In this document: positions 18,901 to 28,078 of the stretch, piece by piece
Layout of the letters: each line of letters begins with the position of its first letter
Position numbering within the stretch: the stretch's first letter is position 1
NCBI GenBank assembly: GCA_038874595.1
Contig: JAVZCB010000002.1
Location: 152,715-216,714 of the forward strand
Length of the DNA stretch: 64,000 nt
Origin: Candidatus Micrarchaeia archaeon
Lineage (GTDB): Archaea; Micrarchaeota; Micrarchaeia; CAILAH01
Direction: 5' to 3'
The notes under the pieces: generated by a model
Seen by the model: only the letters and a program-made list of their open reading frames with translations
The model's database searches: none
Told to the model about the DNA's origin: nothing
Position numbers and translations under genes: made by a program

Positions 18901-19785
18901 TACGATTCCGCAAATGCTGAGGCCGAGCCTGCAAAGAAGCTTACATTCCTGCGAAAAGCAAACGATGAGGTTCTGGCTTTGAACACGCTTGTATACAGTA
19001 AGATATCCTCCATTTCAGAACGCCTTAATTCAGTAAAGCAGAAATGGCTTTTACTTATAGATAAGGGATACTCAAAAAGCATGCCGCCAGAGGTTGCGGA
19101 AGTAGAGTCCGTGCTTGCGATGGCATCTTCTTCCCCAAATCCAGATTCAAGCACGTTTTTGCAGCTTGGTAAGGCCTCCTCAATTCTAGATTTGCTTGAA
19201 ATATCAGTAAAGAACGCAGACAAAAATGCATCTGAATGGGAATCTTCACTTAAAGAGAGGTTTAAGTCATCAGTTACCATGTTAAAGGCCGCAATAGCCC
19301 AGCTCACAAAAGCGTGCGGTACAAAGTGCCCCCAAGATATGGTTTCTTATTCCCAGTCACTATTATCCTTGAATCCACAAACACCGTCTGAATATTCTAT
19401 TTCGATAGATACAATAAACAAAACGCTTTCCAGCATTAACACCTATATATCTACAGAGCGCTCAGCCGCAAACACGGCAATATCAGAGCTTAAATCAATA
19501 TCCTTAACAATATCGGACCCGCGCGTGAAACAGGTGCTAACACCAAAAATCCAGGAGATTGAGTCTATGTATGTTGCGGGAGAATATTCTCGAGCAAAAG
19601 AGGCAGCAATTGCAGTCAAAGAAAGCCTCACAGGCACACCACAGAAACCAGCAGGTGATTATACCCTTATCCTTGCTGGACTTGCAGTAATTGCAATCTC
19701 CTTTATAATATTAAAGATGCGTGAGCGCGGCGCAAAATCAAATGAAGCAATTCAAGAGGCAAAACAGCTAAAACGCGAAAAATAA
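15916..19785 (+). CDS. Large secreted, C-terminally membrane-anchored surface protein (helical and Ig-like)
   Basis: Signal peptide MRVPFFILALLFALSPCFA, long helical segments, a beta-rich middle, and a C-terminal TM followed by a basic tail. Confidence 0.75.
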   Translation: MRVPFFILALLFALSPCFAFNATYLDPTIEKPWEFNSVSLPDFITNVLLNSPGRTDIDNSYMFALSPEVSSQLSEEIRHAKNADQNLKTLGESRYLLKDAIQSHLNETVGKSAAAIAYMLVPMLGMFLAIDAGTGAIYEVSDLGAEMLSICKNHYTAAVAAVEESELAYNGLLSKVSMGYRELWLMGALNPSYKGRYANDIAQLESRLASIDGKLLREREASIKKYAHMTANDPSAYHPLVSESVFQARYLLDGQESAFSKLIFAYTAQNSIKEGLIKERESAKSSAETRAGQISAEYSEVSKKYGQITDADVVYFGIATLDTLDSPSTHISKASENIAEYTSIISEGDRVYAAKSYGYVIDSINAYYLALSKMDSASYNLKEAARRGILIVSSAENITQKEYIAATAAASAFIPKTAAEQQQLSLARSMIEKAEKEMALASNTPAERISHLKIALNSLRLARAYLSPDEVFRANAKDSAVSSLDYLKSVIDRAKTDSIDVSYEESYYKSKMLALQSGNLAAAEMVNISLTCNNLTEQIFMRGAAQYSHLSSRYATLLPLATYFESLDGKPLKEYTLLNPYIDATGTFDKYLSLGHYKEITGLIAGLEAQIRVKTKELIRESLERNAVVSVNYDNATIVLDVPITRKVDVSTYSILDLEYKGPISTSIRIPYDVSRSKAKYDTAGLSYSYTNNQLNILINQYTPNKMYTISFEDTQVLARTQSVKRESTLITPTLLRVKVERKITSLGTPYLKIPANYDYSYVLYYDGEYVGSFNYDAEIARPIPAGEHILTMVYSIENPFVATLNSVSSTKTSTTMSVIIKNTVPFDISDAMISYDIPAVSPSSVLVSSSDCEIKSTASTHFPTYTRLTINVKAFSASSKCTFDIHASTPISKEYIEEEIVRLSKDNTALQSKEVENHLNKARNAFETGKYEDALKAISDADKTLVEAKRATEQANRQGEEIERLSKQTASVLANLSNMNDVEVQKALAKIKSYYDSANAEAEPAKKLTFLRKANDEVLALNTLVYSKISSISERLNSVKQKWLLLIDKGYSKSMPPEVAEVESVLAMASSSPNPDSSTFLQLGKASSILDLLEISVKNADKNASEWESSLKERFKSSVTMLKAAIAQLTKACGTKCPQDMVSYSQSLLSLNPQTPSEYSISIDTINKTLSSINTYISTERSAANTAISELKSISLTISDPRVKQVLTPKIQEIESMYVAGEYSRAKEAAIAVKESLTGTPQKPAGDYTLILAGLAVIAISFIILKMRERGAKSNEAIQEAKQLKREK

Positions 19786-19813
19786 TATTATAAAATGAAA
19801 TGAAAGCAAGGAT

Positions 19814-19948
19814 TTATTCTTCTTCCTCCTCTTCTTCCTCCTCTTCTTCGTCTTCCCAGTCTTCTTCCTCTTCATCCCATTCCTCATCTTCTTCCTCTTC
19901 ATCGATATCTTCATCTTCCTCATCAAAGTCGTCGTCACCGAACATCAT
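19814..19948 (-). CDS. Ultra-acidic 44-aa microprotein
   Basis: MMFGDDDFDEEDEDIDEEEEDEEWDEEEEDWEDEEEEEEEEEEE; RBS GAGGTG 5 nt upstream of the ATG; fits the gap between two genes. Confidence 0.7.
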   Translation of the reverse strand: MMFGDDDFDEEDEDIDEEEEDEEWDEEEEDWEDEEEEEEEEEEE

Positions 19949-19997
19949 CTTTACACCTCTGTTAGCTTTTGTTTTCTTGTCAAAGTTTTTAATACTT

Positions 19998-21119
19998 ATG
20001 TGGGGCAATTTTCTTATGCAGCCGACGTTTGATGCCATAACAAGATATATTTTTTCACTTAAAGATCCAATGCTCACATTTATTGCAACAATAATTGACG
20101 AATACCTCCCTTTGATATATCTTGTTGCCCTTATGTTTCATACAAGACTTTTATCACAGCAGGACCGTCTGCTAAAAGTTACGGTGGCCGTGCTGCTTGC
20201 GCTCCTCCTAACATATATACTTAAATACGCATTTCAGGTACCTCGGCCCTGCATTTTAGACGAGGCATACATAAAGACAGAGTGCCCAGCAGTACCAGAT
20301 TTCACGTTCCCAAGCGGCCACGCAACGCTTGCAGCGGTGGTGCTTGCGCTGTTTGTTGGCACACAGGCATTTCCGACATTTCTTATTCTCTCATTACTGG
20401 TTGGTTTTTTCAGGATTAACCTGGGTGTGCATTTTCTTAACGATGTTCTTGCAGGTTTTGTAATAGGTTTTCTCTCGTACGATGTCGTGGACCGCTTTTT
20501 TTCAAAAGGTACGCTAACACTGCACACCAACAGCCAAAACCGAAAATTTGAGTTCAGGCGCCAGCTTCTTCATGTATTTATAGGGGTATTACTTCTATTT
20601 GCGCTTTTCTTATTTACAACATATTACAGGATGAACGGCCCGGTGTATCTCGAGTTTCTCATTTTTATAGGCCTTGTATTTCTCCTCGTATTGATAAATT
20701 ATAGGATGTGTGGCGGGAAAAATCCTCAAATATCCTTCATTTTTGACATATTTGAGCGTGCCGGCAGCACGCAAGGGTACGGTGCGTTCTGGTATGGCAT
20801 GGGCATTTTATTCGCTTTTGTGTTCATATCAAATATTAGTTTCCTTGCCGCAACGATAGTTGCACTTGGTATAGGTGACGGGATAGCAACACTTGTTGGT
20901 ACGCATGGCAGGATACGTAATCCAATAAACCCAAATAAGACAATTGAAGGTACACTTGCATTTTTTGCATCAACAGCTATTTTCTCATATTTCTTATTAG
21001 GACCGTTCGCGCTCTTATTTGCAGCAGTAACTGCTTTTGTCGAGTCGCTCCCTCCAAAGCTTGATGATAATTTTACTATCCCCTTGGCTTCAGTACTACT
21101 ATACGCGCTTGTTTTCTGA
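19998..21119 (+). CDS. PAP2 lipid phosphatase fused to dolichol/phytol kinase-like domain
   Basis: PAP2 motifs K......RP, FPSGH, R..LGVH...D; kinase motifs RRQLLH, GDGIATLVG, NKTIEG, DDNFTIP. Confidence 0.85.
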   Translation: MWGNFLMQPTFDAITRYIFSLKDPMLTFIATIIDEYLPLIYLVALMFHTRLLSQQDRLLKVTVAVLLALLLTYILKYAFQVPRPCILDEAYIKTECPAVPDFTFPSGHATLAAVVLALFVGTQAFPTFLILSLLVGFFRINLGVHFLNDVLAGFVIGFLSYDVVDRFFSKGTLTLHTNSQNRKFEFRRQLLHVFIGVLLLFALFLFTTYYRMNGPVYLEFLIFIGLVFLLVLINYRMCGGKNPQISFIFDIFERAGSTQGYGAFWYGMGILFAFVFISNISFLAATIVALGIGDGIATLVGTHGRIRNPINPNKTIEGTLAFFASTAIFSYFLLGPFALLFAAVTAFVESLPPKLDDNFTIPLASVLLYALVF

Positions 21120-21779
21120 TTATTTTTTTCTACACACAATAAACAAATGGTGCTTTTCGTATGGGTCAAGCTCAAAGCTCTCCAGGATTTCAAAAGTCCC
21201 CCCTAAGTTTGAGAGCACCCTCCTATACACTTCCTGCGGTTTCAGTGTCACATCAATTGATTGGGATTTTACAGCAATCATTGCAATCCCGTTTTTTTTC
21301 AGGTATCTGGAATTCTCAATAAGTATTCTATCTTGGTCTGGTTGTGCAACATCTTCAAATAACACATCTACCACGCCAACATAACTATATTTTTGGGGAA
21401 GCCGTGCATCTGCGAGCACCGGCCAGATATTTTTTCTGTTTTCACACCGTAAGAGCAGGTCTTTCATGCATTCAGGTGAAAACTCAACAGCATATATCCT
21501 GCCATCTTCACCAATAATATCTGATATAAAACTTACCGTAACGCCTGCAGCCGCACCCAAGTAAAGCACTTTCACGCCTTCTCTAAAAGGCCACGTCTTA
21601 AGTCCTTTCATCATTGCCGCTCCAAGCTTACTCCTCTTTGGGTCCCATACCCTATACTCCTTTCCATCCTCTTTAACGATTTGCTCGCCATGCACCCGCA
21701 CACCAGGGTCTAAACTCAAGGTGGCAATTTTCCCGTCAATTTCATAAACCCCATAATATGAAGATTTTTTAATAACCAT
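21120..21779 (-). CDS. flpA: Fibrillarin (box C/D 2'-O-methyltransferase)
   Basis: YRVWDPKRSKL, VLYLGAAAG, AVEFS, DAR.P, DVAQPDQ, LDPYEK.H. Confidence 0.95.
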   Translation of the reverse strand: MVIKKSSYYGVYEIDGKIATLSLDPGVRVHGEQIVKEDGKEYRVWDPKRSKLGAAMMKGLKTWPFREGVKVLYLGAAAGVTVSFISDIIGEDGRIYAVEFSPECMKDLLLRCENRKNIWPVLADARLPQKYSYVGVVDVLFEDVAQPDQDRILIENSRYLKKNGIAMIAVKSQSIDVTLKPQEVYRRVLSNLGGTFEILESFELDPYEKHHLFIVCRKK

Positions 21780-21812
21780 GGCTAAATTAGGAAAGTGAAA
21801 GCACATAAACAA

Positions 21813-22727
21813 ATGCTTTATTTGGCAGTTTCATTGCTTTCCCTAATACTATTCATTTTGATTGCACAGTGGCTTGGTTTTGATGTTTCCGCCTCTTTTA
21901 GTGAGATTCTCTCAATAGGGATACTACCATTCATAATACTTTTTTTAATTACAACGATAGAGTTTATTGCAAAGACATTCAGGTTTAAATATGCACTGAA
22001 TAATGAGTATTCCTTTAGGCAGCTAGCAGCACCTTATCTTGCCAGCATTTTCATATCCTTCCTTGTCCCATCAAGATTTGCGGGGGAAGGAATACGGCCA
22101 TTGGCATTCAGGTCAAACCCAAAAATACCTGCCAGCGAGTGCCTCTCAGCAATCTCGATTGAGCGCGTATTTGATGTGTTGTTCTTGCCTTTCCTTCTTT
22201 TTGGGGCCATCTCATCCCTGTTGGACCCAATAATATCAATTGCACTTATAATCTCGCTTATCTTGTTTCTTGTAATATCAACGACGACTTTATTTATAGA
22301 GGCCTCCTCGCTGGTGCCACATAAGGCGCTATCATCTTTTTTTAGCATATATTTCAAGTCATTGCGCGACACGATTTCTAACACGAACAAGTTCATAACC
22401 ATAACGGCGCTTACAGTAATAATATGGCTGTGCGCATTCCTGCGCTTGTGGCTTATCATAATGTTTTTGGATGCAAGCCTGCCCTTCTTTGAGGCTTCCT
22501 CTGCAAGCGCCGCCGCATACTTGTTTTCTGTGTTATCAATCCTCCCAGGCGGCGGAGTTTTGTTTGAAGGGGGAGGCACGGCAGCACTTATGTTTTTTGG
22601 TGTTGCATCAGATAAAGCGCTGTCTGCGATGCTTGTTGAGCGCTTTTTCGCGTATTGGGTATTTATAATAGCGGGCCTGGCGGTGCTTCCCTACCTTAAA
22701 TTAATGGGCGCGGGGAAGAAAGAATAA
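21813..22727 (+). CDS. Lysylphosphatidylglycerol synthase TM / flippase-like protein (UPF0104)
   Basis: P.R.AGE..R, IERVFD, LPGGG..EG, LVERFF.YW; multiple TMs. Confidence 0.8.
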   Translation: MLYLAVSLLSLILFILIAQWLGFDVSASFSEILSIGILPFIILFLITTIEFIAKTFRFKYALNNEYSFRQLAAPYLASIFISFLVPSRFAGEGIRPLAFRSNPKIPASECLSAISIERVFDVLFLPFLLFGAISSLLDPIISIALIISLILFLVISTTTLFIEASSLVPHKALSSFFSIYFKSLRDTISNTNKFITITALTVIIWLCAFLRLWLIIMFLDASLPFFEASSASAAAYLFSVLSILPGGGVLFEGGGTAALMFFGVASDKALSAMLVERFFAYWVFIIAGLAVLPYLKLMGAGKKE

Positions 22728-22772
22728 CAAGAGTATAAAATATATAACAAGCCCCCAAAGAATAAGCATAAA

Positions 22773-22928
22773 TGCGGCTGCCGGGATTTTCACATGCACC
22801 CAGCACGTTATTGTATGGAGTGCCCTGCTTTGAACCCGGGTCTTAGCCTTTTTGAGAAGCACCGCATTTTTGGCGCTCAAAAAAGCGGCATGGCAAGGCC
22901 ATGTCCTACCAGGCTAGACTACAGCCGC
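22773..22928 (-). tRNA. tRNA-Gly(GCC) with introns at 37/38 (22850-22890) and 59/60 (22787-22828)
   Basis: Reverse complement reads GCGGCTG-TA-GTCTAGCCTGGTAGGAC-A-TGGCC-TT-GCC-A|intron|A-GGCTA-AGAC-CCGGG-TTCAAA|intron|T-CCCGG-CAGCCGC-A. Confidence 0.9.
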
Positions 22929-22987
22929 CTGTTATTGTATCATTCAAATTGGAAAACTATTTATTAGTTTCCAGGCCAATTTTTTTT

Positions 22988-23512
22988 ATGCGAAGGGGCG
23001 GGCAAATGGAGAATAATACAAGTGTACTGATGAATAAGCTGGTACAGGAGGGCGCATCGAAGAAGCTGGCCAGTTTTATATGTCGCCTTAACGAGGACCT
23101 TTCACTAATAAACCCATCCAAAAAGATAGATTTGGTTGATCACAAATTATTCATTTTTGAGGAAAATTCCCCGCTTGCAGTTATAGGTTTTTTAGGAAAG
23201 ATAAATAATACCATCTCTTTTATTTATGACTCGCGCCATTTTGATGAATATGGCAGCACGGCACGCACAGTATTTTCACAGCTCTTTGCAGAGGATTACG
23301 AGAGGCTTCTGCAAAGCGGGGATGACCGGGAAATCCCAGCCTCATTAATTCACGAGTTTCACTATTTTGTAGCTAAACTTAACAGGTTTGGCAATGTGCT
23401 TGAAGTTGAGTTATACTCAAAGGATAGTGAGCTTTTGGCAATGCTAAGCGATATCCCAAAAGAAGCAGTTCTAGCAGACCGCAATAACACGGCAGATTCA
23501 GGTTTGAATTAG
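22988..23512 (+). CDS. Hypothetical protein
   Basis: ORF in the gap between tRNA-Gly and topA; start moved past the tRNA. Confidence 0.55.
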   Translation: MRRGGQMENNTSVLMNKLVQEGASKKLASFICRLNEDLSLINPSKKIDLVDHKLFIFEENSPLAVIGFLGKINNTISFIYDSRHFDEYGSTARTVFSQLFAEDYERLLQSGDDREIPASLIHEFHYFVAKLNRFGNVLEVELYSKDSELLAMLSDIPKEAVLADRNNTADSGLN

Positions 23513-23528
23513 CAGCCAGAACAAAACA

Positions 23529-25568
23529 TTATTTTTTATGCGTGTCCCTCCCTTCTTGCTGTGATAATAATGGGCATTTTGGGTTTGCACACCTTACAAC
23601 CACACGCTTGTTGATTATATACTTAATTACAGGGGCGCCACACTCTTCGCATTTCTTGACAAAGCTTACCTTGTGCACACCAAAAGGTATGGGATAAGCA
23701 ACCTTACAGTTAGGCCACCCCGTGCATCCTATAAATATTCTCTTATCCTTGGTTGTTTTAATGGTAATCTCTTTTCCGCATTGTTCGCATTTCATAAGGA
23801 ATCCCTTACTCCTCTCGCTTTGCCTGAGCGCCGAAAGAAGCTCTTTTCCTATACTGTACTCGTTTTTCTTGAATTCATCAATTATTTTACTGAGGACATC
23901 TCTCGCCTCGGCAAGCACCTTTTCCTCTTTTTCCTTTCCTTCTTGGATTTTTTCAACCTTATCTTCAAACTGCTCTGTGAGATGCTCATCCAGGATTTCA
24001 GGGGAGTATTTCATCAGCGCATCATGCACAGCCATCCCCAAGCTTGTCACCCGCATGCTTTTTTCTCTGACATAATCCCTTTTGAATAACGTATCAATTA
24101 TAGTCGCCCGTGTTGCTTTCGTGCCTAGGTTTTTCTTTTCAAGCACTTTAACAAGAGAAGTCGCAGTATATCTTGCAGGCGGCTTTGTCTCCTTTCTATC
24201 CTTTGTTATTTTGTCCGCTACGAATTTCTGGCCTTTGTTAAGCTCTGGCAACCTCTCTTCATCAGCTGTATAATACTTGCCGTAAAGCCCAATCCAGCCG
24301 GGCTTCTTAATAACAATCCCCTGCCCCTTGTACCTCTCGTTGCCCATTTTAAGCCGCACAGTGGTGCTTTCCTTTACAGCCCATTCACCAAAACACGCAA
24401 TGAACCTTCTTGCAATGAGGTCATAAAGCTTTTTCTCCTGCTCGCTCATCTTTCCATATATCCCAGTTGGGTGTATTGCAGGGTGTGCCGCATCGCTCTT
24501 TTCACCTTCATGTGGTTTTAACATGCCTTCCTCCAAAAGGAATTGCGCATCCTTGCGATACTCATCTATTTTTGACATCTTTTCAAGGATTCCCTTCAGA
24601 TTGAGTGAGAGAGGAAGCTTTTGCGAGCTCGTTCGCGGGTAACTAATGTAGGAGTTTTCATAAAGGTTTTGTGAATATTGTAAAACCTCCTTTGGAGACA
24701 TTTTATATGCACGGTATGCCTCAACCTGCAGTGACGTCAAGTCAAACGGTGCAGGAGGTGCAACCTTAAACATCTTTTTAGTTACTTCTTCAACAATCCC
24801 TTCCTTGCTTGTGGCACTAAGCACAGCATCTGCTTCCTTCTCATCCCAGAATTTTTCTTTTTCATGCAAATACTTTATCTTATCTTTCTCAACAGCAACT
24901 TCCCAATACGGAACAGGTTTAAATCCGGCTATTTCTCTTTCCCTTTTCACAAGGATATCAAGAGTAGGCCCCTGTACGCGCCCGATACTTAGCACTTTAT
25001 ATGCGCCAGCTTTTCTGATGGCATCCATAAGTAGCCTGCTTAGATTAATTCCCCAATACCAATCAAGGAAATGCCTGGCCTCGCCCGCATATGCGTTATT
25101 ATAATCAAGTTCACCCATGTTTTCGTATGCACTCACTATATCCTCTTTTGTAAGTGCAGAAAATTTCATTCTCTTCCCAGATGTGCGCTTTGCAGAAAAC
25201 CTGATCGCATTGAATCCGATAAGCGACCCCTCGACATCATAATCGCACGCGGATACAATGACATCTGCTTTTTTGGCAACTTTCTCTATGGTAGTTATAT
25301 AATCCTTGGTGTGTGCAGATGCCTTTGACGCCTCATATGCTGGTACCCACCCAATATCAAATTCCGGAACACGCCTATTGCCCCCTTTTTCTTTAAGTGA
25401 AAACAAGTGCCCCACAGCGCTAACAACGTAAATCTTCTTTCCGTCCCTTTCAAGCTCATAATAAGGAATTTTATGCTCGCTCTTCTTTCTCGCCTTATCA
25501 TCAAGAAAACGCGCAATCTTCTCCGCTACCTTAGGCTTTTCTGCAATTATTACGAGTGTTTCCGCCAT
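23529..25568 (-). CDS. topA: DNA topoisomerase I (type IA) with C-terminal Zn ribbons
   Basis: IAEKP, GHL, D.DVEG, GRVQ.P, ISYPRT, AHPAIHPT, LGTKATR, GCTGWPNC. Confidence 0.95.
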   Translation of the reverse strand: MAETLVIIAEKPKVAEKIARFLDDKARKKSEHKIPYYELERDGKKIYVVSAVGHLFSLKEKGGNRRVPEFDIGWVPAYEASKASAHTKDYITTIEKVAKKADVIVSACDYDVEGSLIGFNAIRFSAKRTSGKRMKFSALTKEDIVSAYENMGELDYNNAYAGEARHFLDWYWGINLSRLLMDAIRKAGAYKVLSIGRVQGPTLDILVKREREIAGFKPVPYWEVAVEKDKIKYLHEKEKFWDEKEADAVLSATSKEGIVEEVTKKMFKVAPPAPFDLTSLQVEAYRAYKMSPKEVLQYSQNLYENSYISYPRTSSQKLPLSLNLKGILEKMSKIDEYRKDAQFLLEEGMLKPHEGEKSDAAHPAIHPTGIYGKMSEQEKKLYDLIARRFIACFGEWAVKESTTVRLKMGNERYKGQGIVIKKPGWIGLYGKYYTADEERLPELNKGQKFVADKITKDRKETKPPARYTATSLVKVLEKKNLGTKATRATIIDTLFKRDYVREKSMRVTSLGMAVHDALMKYSPEILDEHLTEQFEDKVEKIQEGKEKEEKVLAEARDVLSKIIDEFKKNEYSIGKELLSALRQSERSKGFLMKCEQCGKEITIKTTKDKRIFIGCTGWPNCKVAYPIPFGVHKVSFVKKCEECGAPVIKYIINKRVVVRCANPKCPLLSQQEGRDTHKK

Positions 25569-25628
25569 CTGCTTTTATTCCATGCGCAAACTATATAATT
25601 ATATTATTTAACCCCTCTCAATTTTCCC

Positions 25629-25952
25629 ATGTTTCCAACAGACCCAAGACAAATGCAGCAGATGCTCAGGCAAATGGGCATAAAAAGCAGGATGATTGAA
25701 GCAAAGAGAGTAATAATAGAATGTGATGGCTCGAACATTATAATTGATAACCCACAGGTAATGGAGATGGATATCAAAGGAGAGAAGAATTACAGTATAA
25801 GCGGGCGCGTGCACAGCGACCTGCAATTAAGTGAGGAGGATATAAAGCTTGTGATGGACGGTGCCAACGTATCCCGTGAGGAAGCTATAAAGGCATTAGA
25901 AAAAGAGGGAGATGTTGCGTCTGCCATAATTTCATTGAAGGGCGATAAATAA
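25629..25952 (+). CDS. nac: Nascent polypeptide-associated complex protein
   Basis: DPRQMQQMLRQMGI, NPQV, UBA tail EDIKLV...VSREEA.KAL. Confidence 0.92.
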   Translation: MFPTDPRQMQQMLRQMGIKSRMIEAKRVIIECDGSNIIIDNPQVMEMDIKGEKNYSISGRVHSDLQLSEEDIKLVMDGANVSREEAIKALEKEGDVASAIISLKGDK

Positions 25953-25961
25953 AGGAAATGG

Positions 25962-26741
25962 ATGGTGTTATGGATGTCATCTATCAATGAGATAGGCAAA
26001 GTTAGGGTTTCACCGATGAACAGCCTGCTGCTGCGCGGGAAATCTCCTTTTCAGGAAGCATTTGAAAAGGGGAACATTAAGTGTATCGTTGAAGAGCTTA
26101 AGCAGCTGCCAGGCACGCCTGCCAACAAGTTTAACATGCTATTGGTGTTAAGCACTTCAACAGGCAAATACGAGCTTGCAAAAAAGGTAGGTGTAGCGGC
26201 GTATGATATTCTTTCTAAAAAAGACATAGCAAGGCTATTATCATACCAGAACGGGCCATCTGAGAAGATAGCGTTGTTTGTTGAAATAATGCGCACACGA
26301 TACGGTACCCTAGGACCTTCACAGCAAACATATCTTTTCAATGCGCTCAAACAGTATTACAACCAATATAAGATATCAGGGAACAGCCTTCCAAAGGAGT
26401 GGCTTTCCTTATGTATAGAAGATATATACAAGTATAGCAAGTTTAGCGCAATCCATATGTATCTTAAGATGTATTCAACAAAGGCCCCATCTATATATGA
26501 GCGCAACGTGGCATCTTTTATTGCAGAGCTCATCAGGAAAAACACAAAGTTGCTCAGTACACTTGCCCACGGCTCATATTGCAGGGTAAATGTTCAGTAT
26601 GAAGCGCTGCATGCCCTTAATTTGGTATCACCTGAGCAGGCGCGTATGTTTGCGCACGTGCTTCTCGAAAGGCAGTTCAGGAATAATGTGTTTTATGATA
26701 TGCGCGTAATCGAGCTTGCAAAAGCCGTTTTAGGGGAATAA
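25962..26741 (+). CDS. Hypothetical helical protein
   Basis: 259-aa ORF directly after nac; no recognised motif. Confidence 0.55.
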   Translation: MVLWMSSINEIGKVRVSPMNSLLLRGKSPFQEAFEKGNIKCIVEELKQLPGTPANKFNMLLVLSTSTGKYELAKKVGVAAYDILSKKDIARLLSYQNGPSEKIALFVEIMRTRYGTLGPSQQTYLFNALKQYYNQYKISGNSLPKEWLSLCIEDIYKYSKFSAIHMYLKMYSTKAPSIYERNVASFIAELIRKNTKLLSTLAHGSYCRVNVQYEALHALNLVSPEQARMFAHVLLERQFRNNVFYDMRVIELAKAVLGE

Positions 26742-26751
26742 GCACATCAAA

Positions 26752-28074
26752 CTAAAAATTTGTCACTGCACTGCGCCCTCTCAATTCACCAGCATAATCA
26801 GTATACATCATTTCTATAACTTTCTTTCTTTCTTTTGTTTGCCCAAGCACCCAGCTAAGCTTGACAAAAGCAGTCTCTGGAAGCCAATCGCAGTTGTGCC
26901 CAATCACACCAGTTTCCTTAAGCATCCTTCCAGCAGTATATACATTAAGGTTCAGCCTTCCATATATTGTCTGTGGTGCAATTACAACATATATTCCTGA
27001 CTTTGTGAGTTCACCAATCTCTTTTATTATGGGCGTTGCAAGCGCGTCACCGAACGGGTTTGATGGGACGTGCCCAAGCCCAGTAGCTGCTAGGACCACC
27101 CCTTCATAATCAGACAATTTTGAAATGAAGCTTGGCTTTATTCCAGGATGTATATAAACCAGTGCGACGTTCTCGCTGAATTTATTGATAAGTTCCATAT
27201 CACCGCCAGCTGGCACGTTAGTGCACTCACCTATGTATTCTATTTTCTTTTTTGAATAGTCAACTTCTGCTACAGGTGTTGCGTTAATGCTCCTGAATGC
27301 ATCGCGCCTTGAAGTGTGCATCTTTCTAACACGGGTACCAAGGTGTATATGTGCTGCACCATCTGATGTTGTTGCGTGCATTGCAACATAAACACCAGGC
27401 CTGCCTGTGCTGGCATAAAAGGCTGCATTGAGAACATTTTCCTTTGCATCAGAGGACCCCCTGTCAGAGCTTCTTTGCGCCCCTGTTAGCACAACCGGCC
27501 TTTGTGGGTTGCGAATCATAAACGATACTGCGGCAGCACTATACCCAAGCGTGTCAGTGCCGTGAGTTACAACCACGGCTTTGCCTTTTTTTAGTTCCTT
27601 AAACACCTCTTCACCAATTATTTTCCAGTGCCGGGTGTTCATGTCTTCTGAAAGTATTGACATCACATTCTTAAAGCGCGCCCCGCCAAACGTGTTCATT
27701 TCAGGGAAGGATTCTCTAAATTCCTCTGGCGTTGCAGCAGGAAACACTGCACCGGTAGAGTATTCAACCCGTGATGATACCGTGCCCCCAAACATCAGCA
27801 CCGCAATATCATATTCTTTGTTATCTTCAGTTTTACCAGCACCATGCCGTTTTTCTTTTAAGGCACCTTTCTTTTTTATGAGCTTTAATGTATCATTGAA
27901 CACCACACCTAGGTTATACCCATTGTCAAGCTTAAGCTCAATAATATCTGTATTCTCAGAATAATTCTCTAAAAGAATTCCCTCCCTTTCGGCCCCGCCA
28001 AATTCTATGGAGACTCTATCTCCAATATCTATATTCCTTTTCCATAACTGTTCACGAACTTTCCTGCTGTACAT
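26752..28074 (-). CDS. gatD: Glu-tRNA(Gln) amidotransferase subunit D
   Basis: LKLDNGYNLG, GGTVSSRVEY.TGAV, HGTDTL, GAQRSSDRGSSD, KMHTSRRDAF, TGLGH. Confidence 0.95.
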   Translation of the reverse strand: MYSRKVREQLWKRNIDIGDRVSIEFGGAEREGILLENYSENTDIIELKLDNGYNLGVVFNDTLKLIKKKGALKEKRHGAGKTEDNKEYDIAVLMFGGTVSSRVEYSTGAVFPAATPEEFRESFPEMNTFGGARFKNVMSILSEDMNTRHWKIIGEEVFKELKKGKAVVVTHGTDTLGYSAAAVSFMIRNPQRPVVLTGAQRSSDRGSSDAKENVLNAAFYASTGRPGVYVAMHATTSDGAAHIHLGTRVRKMHTSRRDAFRSINATPVAEVDYSKKKIEYIGECTNVPAGGDMELINKFSENVALVYIHPGIKPSFISKLSDYEGVVLAATGLGHVPSNPFGDALATPIIKEIGELTKSGIYVVIAPQTIYGRLNLNVYTAGRMLKETGVIGHNCDWLPETAFVKLSWVLGQTKERKKVIEMMYTDYAGELRGRSAVTNF

Positions 28075-28078
28075 CGAT

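Noticed and set aside
19800-19997. Poly-serine N-terminal extension of the PAP2 fusion ORF
   Set aside because: It is the antisense reading of the acidic microprotein, which has its own RBS; the real start is about 19998 or 20016.
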